From assembly GCA_039208735.1 (NCBI GenBank), contig JBCCQY010000008.1:34703-98702 (forward strand): a stretch of 64,000 bases of DNA. The letters are read 5' to 3'. The stretch is from Myxococcota bacterium (GTDB lineage: Bacteria > Myxococcota_A > UBA796 > GCA-2862545). The stretch's first letter is position 1. Every line of letters starts with the position of its first letter. The notes beneath the pieces were generated by a model. It was not told the origin of the DNA and did not search any database. It was given only the letters and a program-made list of their open reading frames with translations. Positions 51,116 through 60,647 of this stretch are shown here, one piece after another. Made by a program: the position numbers and the translations under genes.

Positions 51116-54100
51116 CTAGGGCTCGTATGGTGGGGTCGGGAACGGAGGCGTCGGGAGATCGCTCAAATCCAAGGTAAAAGTATCTTTTCCGGCCCGAAGG
51201 AACTTCTGCTTCTGGAACTCTATGTCAGACAATGGACTACCAGCGGGTTTCGGTCCAATTAGGGTGTCGATACTGAGCACATACCCGCGCGGGCCCCGAT
51301 AGAATCCGTACTGTTCCGCGGGCGTGTTTGGAGGAAAGTTCTCAACGAAATTAATCGACTGCTTCAGATCGTTAAATGTATTCGAGAGCGCATCTACCTT
51401 ATTGGTGATCCCGCTAATCAACCGCATCTGGTTATCGTCGTTCCAGCTACCGAATCTGTCGTCCCAAACCAAACTACCATCGGCATCCTTCGCGTGTTCA
51501 TAGGCCGTCCTTGCCAATTGGCCAGCCGTGGCAGTGTTGTTGTTGTAGTCAATAATCAGAGATGGTTGATTGACATGGATCCGAAACAGCAGAGCAACCG
51601 CACGCTCCGAGGTAAAGACATCACCGATGGTGATATCGCGTTCAGCGCCGGTAGTTCGATTCAGCTTTCCCGAGTTGGTTGGTGGATTCCCCGGTATGAG
51701 ATTGTCACCGGTACTCTCGATTTGCTCATCTCCCACACTCGGTACCCCCCAGGGGGTCGAGAGCAAATCACGAAGCCGTATCCGCGCCATATCCCACATT
51801 TGCTGGTTGAACAAGGGCATCGTGCGGGCGGCCATTTGGAACCGGTAGACCCAGTGGTACGTTCGAAAATAGAAGTGAGCCCCCTCACGATTCTCAGCCG
51901 TCACCACATTGTTGTAGGTGCGGGTTGAGTTCGCTGCGGTACCGTAATTACCACCGTAGATCGGTCGATTACTCCAGTCTTCCTGACTGAGCGTCACCCA
52001 ATTGACGTATTTTCGATGCTCTGGAGAGAAGAGATCTCTCCCCGTCACCAATCCATCATCTCGATTAATCCATGAAAATTCAACGTCGAGCCCAAAAAAC
52101 TGGCATGCATCAGCGAACGTATCAGGCGCAAACTGTTTGAGATACGCTAGGAATCCACCCAGCTCTCCCGCACGCTCGTAGTTCACATTCTGGGTATGAG
52201 GCCGTCCGAGGGTCCAGTGACAGAGCCCTAGGGATAGATATGCCGTGTCCCAGGTGTTGACAGAATCAAAGAAACCGAGATTCTCCACTTCCGAAAGCAC
52301 CCGAACAACTTTGAATGTGCTGTGCCGAGCTTCCTTTCCGGGGGCAGGATCGCCGGAGTTTCCCGGGTTACCCATCAATGCCGCTTCATTTTCCCCGAAT
52401 AGGCCCATAGGCAGAACTTCAGTCGCACCTGCATCTGTCCCTCGCCAAGCCTCTTTGTATGCCGATGTCGGCCCCCCAAAGTCCACATTCGGGGAAGTGC
52501 CCTCAAACCAGTACGCACAGTGAATGAGCTTCATTTGGTTTGGATCCCCGGCCTCTTCCGTCAGTCGAACAGCCGGGATGTCGTAGTATCCGGAAAGATC
52601 CAACACTCTACCGAAACGTTCGAAGATGGAGATATCGATCGCAGGCGTAGGGCTATCGACCGCCCAAGCCGCAGGATAGAGGTGGGGATTCCAAAGATTG
52701 TCCGGAGTATGCGTAGGCGCATTCAGAGGCGTGAACGATGGATAGCTGTTCAGATTCACTGAAACACCGGTGGACGGCTCAATGACGACGGGGCACCGCC
52801 AATCATTGGCCAACCAGTGATGAAGAATGACGCGCGTGGCCGTGTTGAGCTTGCCAGAGACAGGGCCGAGATAGATCATCAGATTCTCTTGAGAGGATAG
52901 ACGAGTCACATAGCGGCCCGCCCCAGCGGCCTCGTGGGCCACAAACGGCATCTTGGCATAGATTTGAAACTCGCGAACCGCCCACTCTGCCAGATGATCG
53001 AAAGACTCTGGGTTGTTTCCAGTCGCATCCGGCTCGATGATGCCGAAACCCAGCGTGGAAAGATGCTGCCTCAAGGTGGCGATGTGGTTGGATCCACCCG
53101 GGTGGGGTGCCCCCCCATACTGCGCCTGCCCCGTGCCCGGGAAGTTATCCGTGTCCCCCCATTGCAATAGGTGCCCCCCGTAGTCCGCTGCCCCTGGCAG
53201 CTCCTCCGGAAAGCAAGCCTGTAAAACTGGAAGACCCATCTTCTTCGAGACGGTGGATGCGCCAAAGGTGTTTGTCTTGACATCGGCAGTTGCAGCGGCC
53301 TCCGGAGTGTCTCGGTACTCCGAAGCCAGTGCAATCATGAGCTCGTCATCCTGAAGGATCAACGCTTGACTGGGAGCGGACAACCGCACCGGTCGACGAA
53401 CAAGTCGATCGAGGTAGCGCGCCGCCATGCGAGCCGCAGTCTTGGGAAATCTCAGGAGGTTGAAGAGGTCGATGCGAACGTCAGCCGCATTGGCAAGGTT
53501 ATCCAAGTTCGTCCGTCGCGTCTCACGCGCCGTACTGGCCCGGGTTCGATGCCACTCATTACCAGTCTGAATCTCAACCCAGCTCGTGTATGTAGAGTTT
53601 GGATCGTTTGGATTCGGACCTGTAATCATCGCGAGGACGGGAATCGAAATCTGTGCAATCCCGAGACGTTGGAGGCGCTCGCTTTGAGGGTCATACCAAG
53701 CCGATTCACCGTTGAGTTCCTGCGCAGCTAACCGGAGCTTGCTTCGGCGACCCCGCCACCCTTCGGCGGAGGCACGACTCAGGTTGTTGAAAATGACGGC
53801 CCCCAGGAGACGCGGCGGTACATCTGTTGCGTCAGAGATCGCCGCTGACTCGACAAAGGGAAGCAAACCTCTGACAAATTCCTTTGCGACCTCCGCGTCT
53901 CCCGCAATCGCGCCAATGGACGATCGACGCGTCGGACGAGATCCATCATAGAAGAGGGACTGCAACGGCAGGGGCGCGGCAACGGCCTCTTGCTGCAGCG
54001 AAAGCGTGGCGAGAACGGTTTGTCCATCGAGGATCTCAACCCGGATAAGGTGAGTCCCCTGTGTTTCAATCAGCAGACCCTCCGCTTTGAAGCCAAAGCT

Positions 54101-54376
54101 GTCTGGCTGCGAGAAGACACCCTCGGTCGTTGTGCTCTGGATCGTCCCGTTTGGGAGCGTCACCCTAAAGTCGTAGGTCAGGTTCGCGGCTGAATAGGCG
54201 GAATCTACCACAAAGACAAAGTAGTCTACGTAATATCCGACGGGCAAGGGGCCCGAAAGGGTGCTGATCAACGCAAATTGCGGTGGCGCACCATTGCCAG
54301 GATGAACATCCGCCTCCCCAAGGTCACCGGGCTCAAAGCCAGCTGGAAGGCGAGATTCTGTTACTCTTACGGACAT
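51116..54376 (-). CDS. Large protein with peptidoglycan-binding domain and lysozyme-like domain(s)
   Basis: LQWGD..LRQHLSTLGF..FD...EWAVREFQ and GPVSGKLN (PG-binding-1-like); SEVENLGFFDSVNTWD.AYLSLGLCHWT (lysozyme-like); LGIAQI..P...ARMAARYL (SLT-like). Confidence 0.65.
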   Translation of the reverse strand: MSVRVTESRLPAGFEPGDLGEADVHPGNGAPPQFALISTLSGPLPVGYYVDYFVFVVDSAYSAANLTYDFRVTLPNGTIQSTTTEGVFSQPDSFGFKAEGLLIETQGTHLIRVEILDGQTVLATLSLQQEAVAAPLPLQSLFYDGSRPTRRSSIGAIAGDAEVAKEFVRGLLPFVESAAISDATDVPPRLLGAVIFNNLSRASAEGWRGRRSKLRLAAQELNGESAWYDPQSERLQRLGIAQISIPVLAMITGPNPNDPNSTYTSWVEIQTGNEWHRTRASTARETRRTNLDNLANAADVRIDLFNLLRFPKTAARMAARYLDRLVRRPVRLSAPSQALILQDDELMIALASEYRDTPEAAATADVKTNTFGASTVSKKMGLPVLQACFPEELPGAADYGGHLLQWGDTDNFPGTGQAQYGGAPHPGGSNHIATLRQHLSTLGFGIIEPDATGNNPESFDHLAEWAVREFQIYAKMPFVAHEAAGAGRYVTRLSSQENLMIYLGPVSGKLNTATRVILHHWLANDWRCPVVIEPSTGVSVNLNSYPSFTPLNAPTHTPDNLWNPHLYPAAWAVDSPTPAIDISIFERFGRVLDLSGYYDIPAVRLTEEAGDPNQMKLIHCAYWFEGTSPNVDFGGPTSAYKEAWRGTDAGATEVLPMGLFGENEAALMGNPGNSGDPAPGKEARHSTFKVVRVLSEVENLGFFDSVNTWDTAYLSLGLCHWTLGRPHTQNVNYERAGELGGFLAYLKQFAPDTFADACQFFGLDVEFSWINRDDGLVTGRDLFSPEHRKYVNWVTLSQEDWSNRPIYGGNYGTAANSTRTYNNVVTAENREGAHFYFRTYHWVYRFQMAARTMPLFNQQMWDMARIRLRDLLSTPWGVPSVGDEQIESTGDNLIPGNPPTNSGKLNRTTGAERDITIGDVFTSERAVALLFRIHVNQPSLIIDYNNNTATAGQLARTAYEHAKDADGSLVWDDRFGSWNDDNQMRLISGITNKVDALSNTFNDLKQSINFVENFPPNTPAEQYGFYRGPRGYVLSIDTLIGPKPAGSPLSDIEFQKQKFLRAGKDTFTLDLSDLPTPPFPTPPYEP

Positions 54377-54513
54377 CTTGGCCCTCAGGCGGAAGGGTTG
54401 AACTTGCGTTGCAGGTCAAGCGTGCCTTAAGTATGCTGCCAAACGCAAGCTCGCATTTCCGAAGAAATCCTGGTTGGCGAGGGCACCATGAAAGCTGAAA
54501 CAGATCACCGAGG

Positions 54514-57500
54514 TTGCCTATAATGCAAGCTGCCAAGCCATCACTAGGAGGCATTCTGGTCCTTGAGGTTGGCGACCTCATTAGACCGTTGACATCCCTG
54601 TCCTCGGTGCAAGATGCCGAAGCGCTGCTCCGGGAACTTGGGTGGCGCTTGCCCACAGCCGCTGCCGCAATCGCGAACCAATTCAGCACGCTGAGTGACG
54701 ACGTCGACGACGTTGTGGCCGCCGCGGATAGCCTATTCCAAGCCCTATCGAGTGGGGTTGGTGAGGTGTCGGCGACCTTCGCGTTGCTCGACGAAGTCAC
54801 GACACTGGTGACGACCCTGAAGGCTATCGCGACTACGGCCAGCAACGGCATTCCCACCGAGGCGGGATTGGGTGCTCACCTGATCCCCAGGTTCTTGAAT
54901 CTCCTCGTCGTGGAATATCTGAGGGAGGAGCGCCCTCCAATCTTTGCGCTGTTCACAGCGTTGGGCCTCATCGACGAAACGGAGACGATCGACTCTGAGG
55001 ATCCGGCAGACACATGGGCGGTGCCGTATACCCGTCGGGACGTCCACTGGGAACGCTTCGGGGACGTTCTCTTCGACATTGAAGCTGTCGTAAAAACAGC
55101 CTACGACCTAAATAGTAACGCTATCGAGGCGAAGCTCATCGCGGCACTCCGGCGAGCCATGCGCGCCGTAGGAATCCCAGGCGGGATGTACGAGCAGCAT
55201 CCCGACATTGCCACAGCGCTTGGACAACCCGCCGGGACCCAAGAGCTTCGAATTCCCATTCACAAAGGTGGGCAATGGCCAACACAGTACTTTGAGGGTG
55301 GCTTAGGGATCTCCTTGCCCAAAGCCAACGGCGTGGTCGACGGGATTGCATTCGTCCCCTACTTCTCCGGACTCTGGGCACTAGGTTCCGGGCCAGCTGC
55401 CAATATAGGTGGTTGGTCCTTTAGTCTCACGGCCGAGCCGGGTCGCATCGGGACCATTACCACGGGTACGATCGACGTCGGCGCAAGCGCAGCGATTGTG
55501 ATCCGCGCGAATCCCCCCAACGGCGAACCTCCGGTCCAGTTCCACTCGGACCTGATCGACACGACTACTCCACTCTCCCTGCGGGTCGCCGCGGAGTTGA
55601 CACGCGCTGAGCCTGACAACGAGCCAGTACGCCTACTCGGGGACCCCAACGGCACCCGCCTGACCATGGATAGCTTTACGATCCGTGGCAACCTCGACGC
55701 CGACACTACGGGTCTCGAACTCAGGGCGGAAGCCGAGCTGAAAGACCTTACCTTTTTTCTCGAGGTGGGCGGCGGGTTCATTGGCTCTATGGTGCCAGTG
55801 GGAGGTCTGGAAGCCTCCCTCAGCATCACTGGGGCTTGGTCTTCCAGCACAGGCTTCTCGGTCCAAGGGTCCGCGGACCTGGCGTTCGGATTGGACATCC
55901 CGATCAACCGCTCGATCGCTGGAATTGTCACGCTCGACGCTGTGCATCTTCGAATTGGCCTCGACCCCCTCTCCAAGACCTTGGAAGCGTCACTAACCCT
56001 GTCCGCCTTCGGATCACTGGGTCCATTCAGCGCGTTTGTCGATCGGATTGGGGTCAGTTCGGAACTTGGGTTTTCCGATAGTGCGGGCGGCTCGCTTGGC
56101 CCGCTCGAACTCGTCGGCCCGAGCTACCATCCCCCCTCCGGGGTCGGGCTGTCGATGGCCGAGACGGACTTCATCCGTGGCTCCGGATTCCTGACACGAA
56201 CAGGCGGCCGATACACCGGGGCACTCGCACTCGAAATCGCCGAAGTCGGGATTCAAGGGATCACGATCATCGACACAGAGCTGCCCAACCAACCCGATGG
56301 TTGGGCATTCTTCGCTTCGCTCTCCCTGATGTTCCCAAGCATCCCATTGGGCTTTGGATTCACGCTCAACGGTGTTGGCGGCCTCATTGCCATCAACCGC
56401 GGATTCAATCCCTTCAAGCTCGCCGAAGGCCTGCGAACCGGCGCCGTCGACGCCCTTCTGTTCCCAGACGATCCCCTAGGCGACGCCAACCAACTCATCT
56501 CCCAAATCGATGAATACTTCCCGATCAAGCAAGGGAACGTCGTCATCGGGCCCATTGTGGAGCTCGGCTGGGGGACTCCAACAATCCTAGTTGCCCAACT
56601 CGGCTTCATCGTCAGCCTCCCTGAGGGGATCGTTGCGGTGATGGGGTCGGTTTCGGCATCACTGCCAAACCCCAGTGCCTCCCTCCTGACCCTCAACATG
56701 GATGCGCTAGGCGTCGTCGACATCCCTGGCGGCACCTTTTCACTCCTAGCCTCGCTCTACGATTCACGACTGCTCGCCAAGATCGACCTCAGCGGCGACA
56801 TGGCGATGTACTTGCGATGGTCGAGGCAGCCGTACTTCCTGCTCTCCGTCGGCGGCTACCACCCCGCCTTCCAGCCCGAAAACGTTCCGTCGGTCATGCA
56901 GAGCCTCCGACGCATGAGGGCATCCATCGAAGTCGGCTCCCTCGTCGACGTCTCGATCGAGGCCTACTTCGCCATCACTCCGAACACGGTACAGTTCGGG
57001 GCGGCCTTGCATCTTCAAGCCGTGCTCGACATCGGGATCACCACGTTTAGCGCGGTAGGTTGGTTCTCGTTCGACATCCTGATCACCTTCTCACCGTTCC
57101 GCATTGCAGCCACCGTATCCGCAGGAGTCGGCATCTTTGCTGGCAACAAGGAGTTGCTGGGTGTTGAGCTGTACCTTCATCTTGAAGGACCCAAGCCCTG
57201 GTACGCCGAAGGGTTGGCACGATTCAAGTTCTTTGGCTTCCCAGTAGAGTTCGAGTTCGAAGTCGGCGAGAAGGCACTGGATGAAACCGCGCCCGTGGCA
57301 CAACTCCGGTCCGAGACCATGGCGAGCATTACCAATCCGAACTCTTGGCGAGAGTCCAAACCAACATCAGGCGTGCAGTCAAATCTGACCTTTGAAGACC
57401 CTGGTGACGACGGCGACATTCTGTGGCTAAGGCCTGACCGATCGCTGTCGGTGGTCCAGAGCATTGCACCTCTAAACAAAGACATCGAGATCTTTGGACA

Positions 57501-58065
57501 GGCCATTCCGCTCCCAAGCGATCGGCGCCTCAACATTACCGGAGTCGGCATCAACAATGAGCCGTTCCCCTACGACACGGTCACGGAGTGGTTCGCTCCC
57601 GCACAGTACGAAAAGCTGAAGCGAAAAGAGAAGCTCGCCAGGGCTTCGTTTGAAGAAATGGTGGGTGGTGTGAGCTTTGGCGATGCAAGCATCGACGCTT
57701 CGAACGAAGAAGGGCATTGGGTCTCGGTCAGCACCTCCTACGAAGAGATCGTGGATCAAGAGGGCAATCCCCACCCGGTCATTGTCGAGGGTGTAGAGGG
57801 TTCGCTGGCCAACAGCGTGGGCATCGGTGCGGCGGCGAAAACCAAGCCACTTGCCGCACATGGTGAAGGCACCTTCGATGTCATGCCCACGACCTACACC
57901 ATTATCTCGACCGTCGACGGGATGGTGGCGGAATGGGTCTTTGAGCAAACCGGGGTCAACCCCGCGGCGTTGACCCAAGGCGAGGCCCTGCAGACCCTGG
58001 CCCAGATTGCTGTCAGTTCTGCCAGAAACTTGGCTGTTGTCCCAGCCGCTACGGTCATGGAGTAG
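54514..58065 (+). CDS. DUF6603-domain protein
   Basis: IPLGFGFTLNGVGGL..INR, SVGGYHPAF, AYFAITPNTVQFGA, GPKPW, FAPAQY; long amphipathic beta-strand character. Confidence 0.8.
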   Translation: MPIMQAAKPSLGGILVLEVGDLIRPLTSLSSVQDAEALLRELGWRLPTAAAAIANQFSTLSDDVDDVVAAADSLFQALSSGVGEVSATFALLDEVTTLVTTLKAIATTASNGIPTEAGLGAHLIPRFLNLLVVEYLREERPPIFALFTALGLIDETETIDSEDPADTWAVPYTRRDVHWERFGDVLFDIEAVVKTAYDLNSNAIEAKLIAALRRAMRAVGIPGGMYEQHPDIATALGQPAGTQELRIPIHKGGQWPTQYFEGGLGISLPKANGVVDGIAFVPYFSGLWALGSGPAANIGGWSFSLTAEPGRIGTITTGTIDVGASAAIVIRANPPNGEPPVQFHSDLIDTTTPLSLRVAAELTRAEPDNEPVRLLGDPNGTRLTMDSFTIRGNLDADTTGLELRAEAELKDLTFFLEVGGGFIGSMVPVGGLEASLSITGAWSSSTGFSVQGSADLAFGLDIPINRSIAGIVTLDAVHLRIGLDPLSKTLEASLTLSAFGSLGPFSAFVDRIGVSSELGFSDSAGGSLGPLELVGPSYHPPSGVGLSMAETDFIRGSGFLTRTGGRYTGALALEIAEVGIQGITIIDTELPNQPDGWAFFASLSLMFPSIPLGFGFTLNGVGGLIAINRGFNPFKLAEGLRTGAVDALLFPDDPLGDANQLISQIDEYFPIKQGNVVIGPIVELGWGTPTILVAQLGFIVSLPEGIVAVMGSVSASLPNPSASLLTLNMDALGVVDIPGGTFSLLASLYDSRLLAKIDLSGDMAMYLRWSRQPYFLLSVGGYHPAFQPENVPSVMQSLRRMRASIEVGSLVDVSIEAYFAITPNTVQFGAALHLQAVLDIGITTFSAVGWFSFDILITFSPFRIAATVSAGVGIFAGNKELLGVELYLHLEGPKPWYAEGLARFKFFGFPVEFEFEVGEKALDETAPVAQLRSETMASITNPNSWRESKPTSGVQSNLTFEDPGDDGDILWLRPDRSLSVVQSIAPLNKDIEIFGQAIPLPSDRRLNITGVGINNEPFPYDTVTEWFAPAQYEKLKRKEKLARASFEEMVGGVSFGDASIDASNEEGHWVSVSTSYEEIVDQEGNPHPVIVEGVEGSLANSVGIGAAAKTKPLAAHGEGTFDVMPTTYTIISTVDGMVAEWVFEQTGVNPAALTQGEALQTLAQIAVSSARNLAVVPAATVME

Positions 58066-58067
58066 GC

Positions 58068-60647
58068 ATGAGCACAGATTTGACGTTCTTCCCCTGGATT
58101 CGAAGGGGATTTGCCCGGTTCATTGATACCATGGACGACGGCACGTACGAAATCTCACGTGATCAATCGCTAACCGCCTACATCGAGATTGACGGCAACA
58201 AGGCAAACACCACCTTCTCGGTGCGGCCACCCGATCAGGTTCGTTCGATCGATACCTCACAGGTCCTCCGTCGCTACCCGTCACCGAATACGCCTGATGC
58301 CGAATCCGGGTACTTTCCGCACATCGAGTTCGTTGCCCCCGACCTCCCTTGGGCCGTCACCCCACTCGCTCCCTCAGATGCCGGACGACTACGGCCATGG
58401 CTCGCACTGGTTTGTGTGGAAGAGGCGAATCTGACCTTCGCGCCAGGAGCCGGAGAACAACCCGCTCAACTTACAACGACCAACGCCGAACTTCCTCCAT
58501 CCAACGAGACGTACGGATGGGCACATGTCCAGAGCAGCATCGACAACTCTACCAGCTTCTCGATCCAGAGAACTGCCACCATCGATGCGGTCGACAACAC
58601 GCCAGGAACGGTGCGATCACGACTAATCTGCCCCCGTCGGCTCAAACCCAACACGGCTTATCGTGCCGCCGTGGTCCACACCCTAAGCGCCGACGGAGAC
58701 ACGCTGAAGCCGGCATGGGGTCCCGGTTCTGATTTTGAGGGCGAGACGACCTCAGTGACGCTCCGCGTCCTCGACTCTTGGACCTTCCGAACGGGTGAGG
58801 CGGGCTCATTTGAAGAATTGGTCGGTCGGTTGGGCCCGGCTGATGAGAGTGTCACCATCGGGGTGCGACCCGTCGATATGAGTGAGCCAGGCTCCATCCC
58901 TGTCAGCTGGAATCCGCCCGTCTTTGTGGACTATGCCGGTGCCATGATGGACAACGGAACGGTACCAACGGATTTGCAGGGTAACGCTGGCCAATTCGAA
59001 GGTCCAGTGCGCGACCTTCTCAACCAGGGTTCATCAATCCTCATCGATGAACCCGACTCCGATGACCCAGTAGTCACCATTCCCTTCTATGGCGCCTATG
59101 CTGCCGACAACCACCAGGTTCCGGCAAGTGGATGGCAGCGCGAACTCAACCTGTCGCCCGCAAACCGGATGGCTGCGGGTCTGGGAGCCGATGTCGTTCG
59201 CACACATCAGGAGCGCTTCATGGCGGAAGCATGGACCCAGGCAGGGGCCATCCGAGAGGCGAACCGGGAGCTTTCGTTGTCTCGCCTCCGCGCAGAGGTC
59301 TCCCGCACCACAAAGCAACGCGGTAGGCTCATGACATCCTACGATTTGGGTACCGTGTTTCGGTCGCAGCTCGCCTACACCCGTGTGGGCCCCGGACAAT
59401 CCCCAACGCAGTACGTTCAATCGTCAACGGCTCCCACCGCCATGATGAGTCCCGCATTCATGCGTACCGTCCGACCTGGCGGGGTCATGGAGACCACCGC
59501 AAGAAAGCGGTTTCCCAATGCAGGATTCAGTGCACTCCGCGAGGGGTTTCAGCTTTTTGAAACCGAACAATGGCTCGAGCCCCCGGACTTCCCCCCGGCA
59601 CCTGCAGCGCCCATCGGAACCGTTCGGTCCGCAGGGCGACTGGCCGGCGCGAATTACCCAGATGCACCGGACATCACGCCCGCACCGACCGCCCCCGAAC
59701 CGTTCTCACCCGAACTCGTTCGTACGGCATTCGAGAGCCAGGTGTGGCCAATGCGGACCGCGCGCGTACGAATCACTACGCGCATCCCCGCGCTGGCTAC
59801 CTTCATTCCACCCGCACTTGCGGTTCCCAACCAGGATGCCGAACTCCCTACCAGAATTCGACTTGGGCCACGAATCGATGAAGCCCTGATGTGGCTGCTC
59901 TCGGAACGGTCCTACGACCTCTTGATTCCAGGGGTGACGGAATTTCCGACCAATGCGGTGCGCGCCCTTCGCGCAAATCCTACTTTTGTCGCATCATTCC
60001 TGGCCGGCGCCAACCACGAGATGACACGGGAACTGCTGTGGCGTGAGTTCCCAGCAACCCCCGGTTCAACCACGTTTCGTCGGTTCTGGGATCGACCCGA
60101 CACCTCGTCCCACGACATCACCGACCTCTCCACATGGGCTAGCGCCGAGCAACTCGAAGACCTGGGCGCAGGTGGAGGCGAAGCACTGGTCATCCTCATT
60201 CGCGGCGATGTGGTTCGACAGTACCCTTCTGTTCGCTTCATGGTTGGAAAGACTGGCGAAGCCGAATTCAAGCTTCCCGTGTTTGGTGGAAATCTCGGGG
60301 AGGACCTTCGGTTCCTCGCCTTTGATGAGGTAGATCCGACGGTAGCTTTGGATCCGGGAAGTGGTTGGCAATTGATGATTGAGGAACCACCAACCGAACC
60401 CCGATTTGGATTGGATCTACAAGATCCGGATGACCTTCTGGCCTGGAGTGACCTGACCTGGGGACATCTCGATGACCAAGGGGATTTCATAATGATCGGA
60501 GAGTCGTTCCCCTCAAGCTTCAACGCCCCCGAAGGCGATGGCGTTGCACCGTGGGGGGGTAACGGAGCCAACATGGCACAAATCACGTTCCAAAATCCAG
60601 TCCGCCGTCTCATGAATCTCAGTCAACTTGCAGGGACGAGCAATTGA
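58068..60647 (+). CDS. Conserved hypothetical protein of DUF6603 loci (859 aa)
   Basis: FFPWIRRG, PHIEF..PDLPW..TP, LRPWLALV, SRLICPRRL, ELNLSP..R.AAGLG, NHEM.RELLWREFP, EPRFGLD; 2 nt after the DUF6603 stop. Confidence 0.8.
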   Translation: MSTDLTFFPWIRRGFARFIDTMDDGTYEISRDQSLTAYIEIDGNKANTTFSVRPPDQVRSIDTSQVLRRYPSPNTPDAESGYFPHIEFVAPDLPWAVTPLAPSDAGRLRPWLALVCVEEANLTFAPGAGEQPAQLTTTNAELPPSNETYGWAHVQSSIDNSTSFSIQRTATIDAVDNTPGTVRSRLICPRRLKPNTAYRAAVVHTLSADGDTLKPAWGPGSDFEGETTSVTLRVLDSWTFRTGEAGSFEELVGRLGPADESVTIGVRPVDMSEPGSIPVSWNPPVFVDYAGAMMDNGTVPTDLQGNAGQFEGPVRDLLNQGSSILIDEPDSDDPVVTIPFYGAYAADNHQVPASGWQRELNLSPANRMAAGLGADVVRTHQERFMAEAWTQAGAIREANRELSLSRLRAEVSRTTKQRGRLMTSYDLGTVFRSQLAYTRVGPGQSPTQYVQSSTAPTAMMSPAFMRTVRPGGVMETTARKRFPNAGFSALREGFQLFETEQWLEPPDFPPAPAAPIGTVRSAGRLAGANYPDAPDITPAPTAPEPFSPELVRTAFESQVWPMRTARVRITTRIPALATFIPPALAVPNQDAELPTRIRLGPRIDEALMWLLSERSYDLLIPGVTEFPTNAVRALRANPTFVASFLAGANHEMTRELLWREFPATPGSTTFRRFWDRPDTSSHDITDLSTWASAEQLEDLGAGGGEALVILIRGDVVRQYPSVRFMVGKTGEAEFKLPVFGGNLGEDLRFLAFDEVDPTVALDPGSGWQLMIEEPPTEPRFGLDLQDPDDLLAWSDLTWGHLDDQGDFIMIGESFPSSFNAPEGDGVAPWGGNGANMAQITFQNPVRRLMNLSQLAGTSN

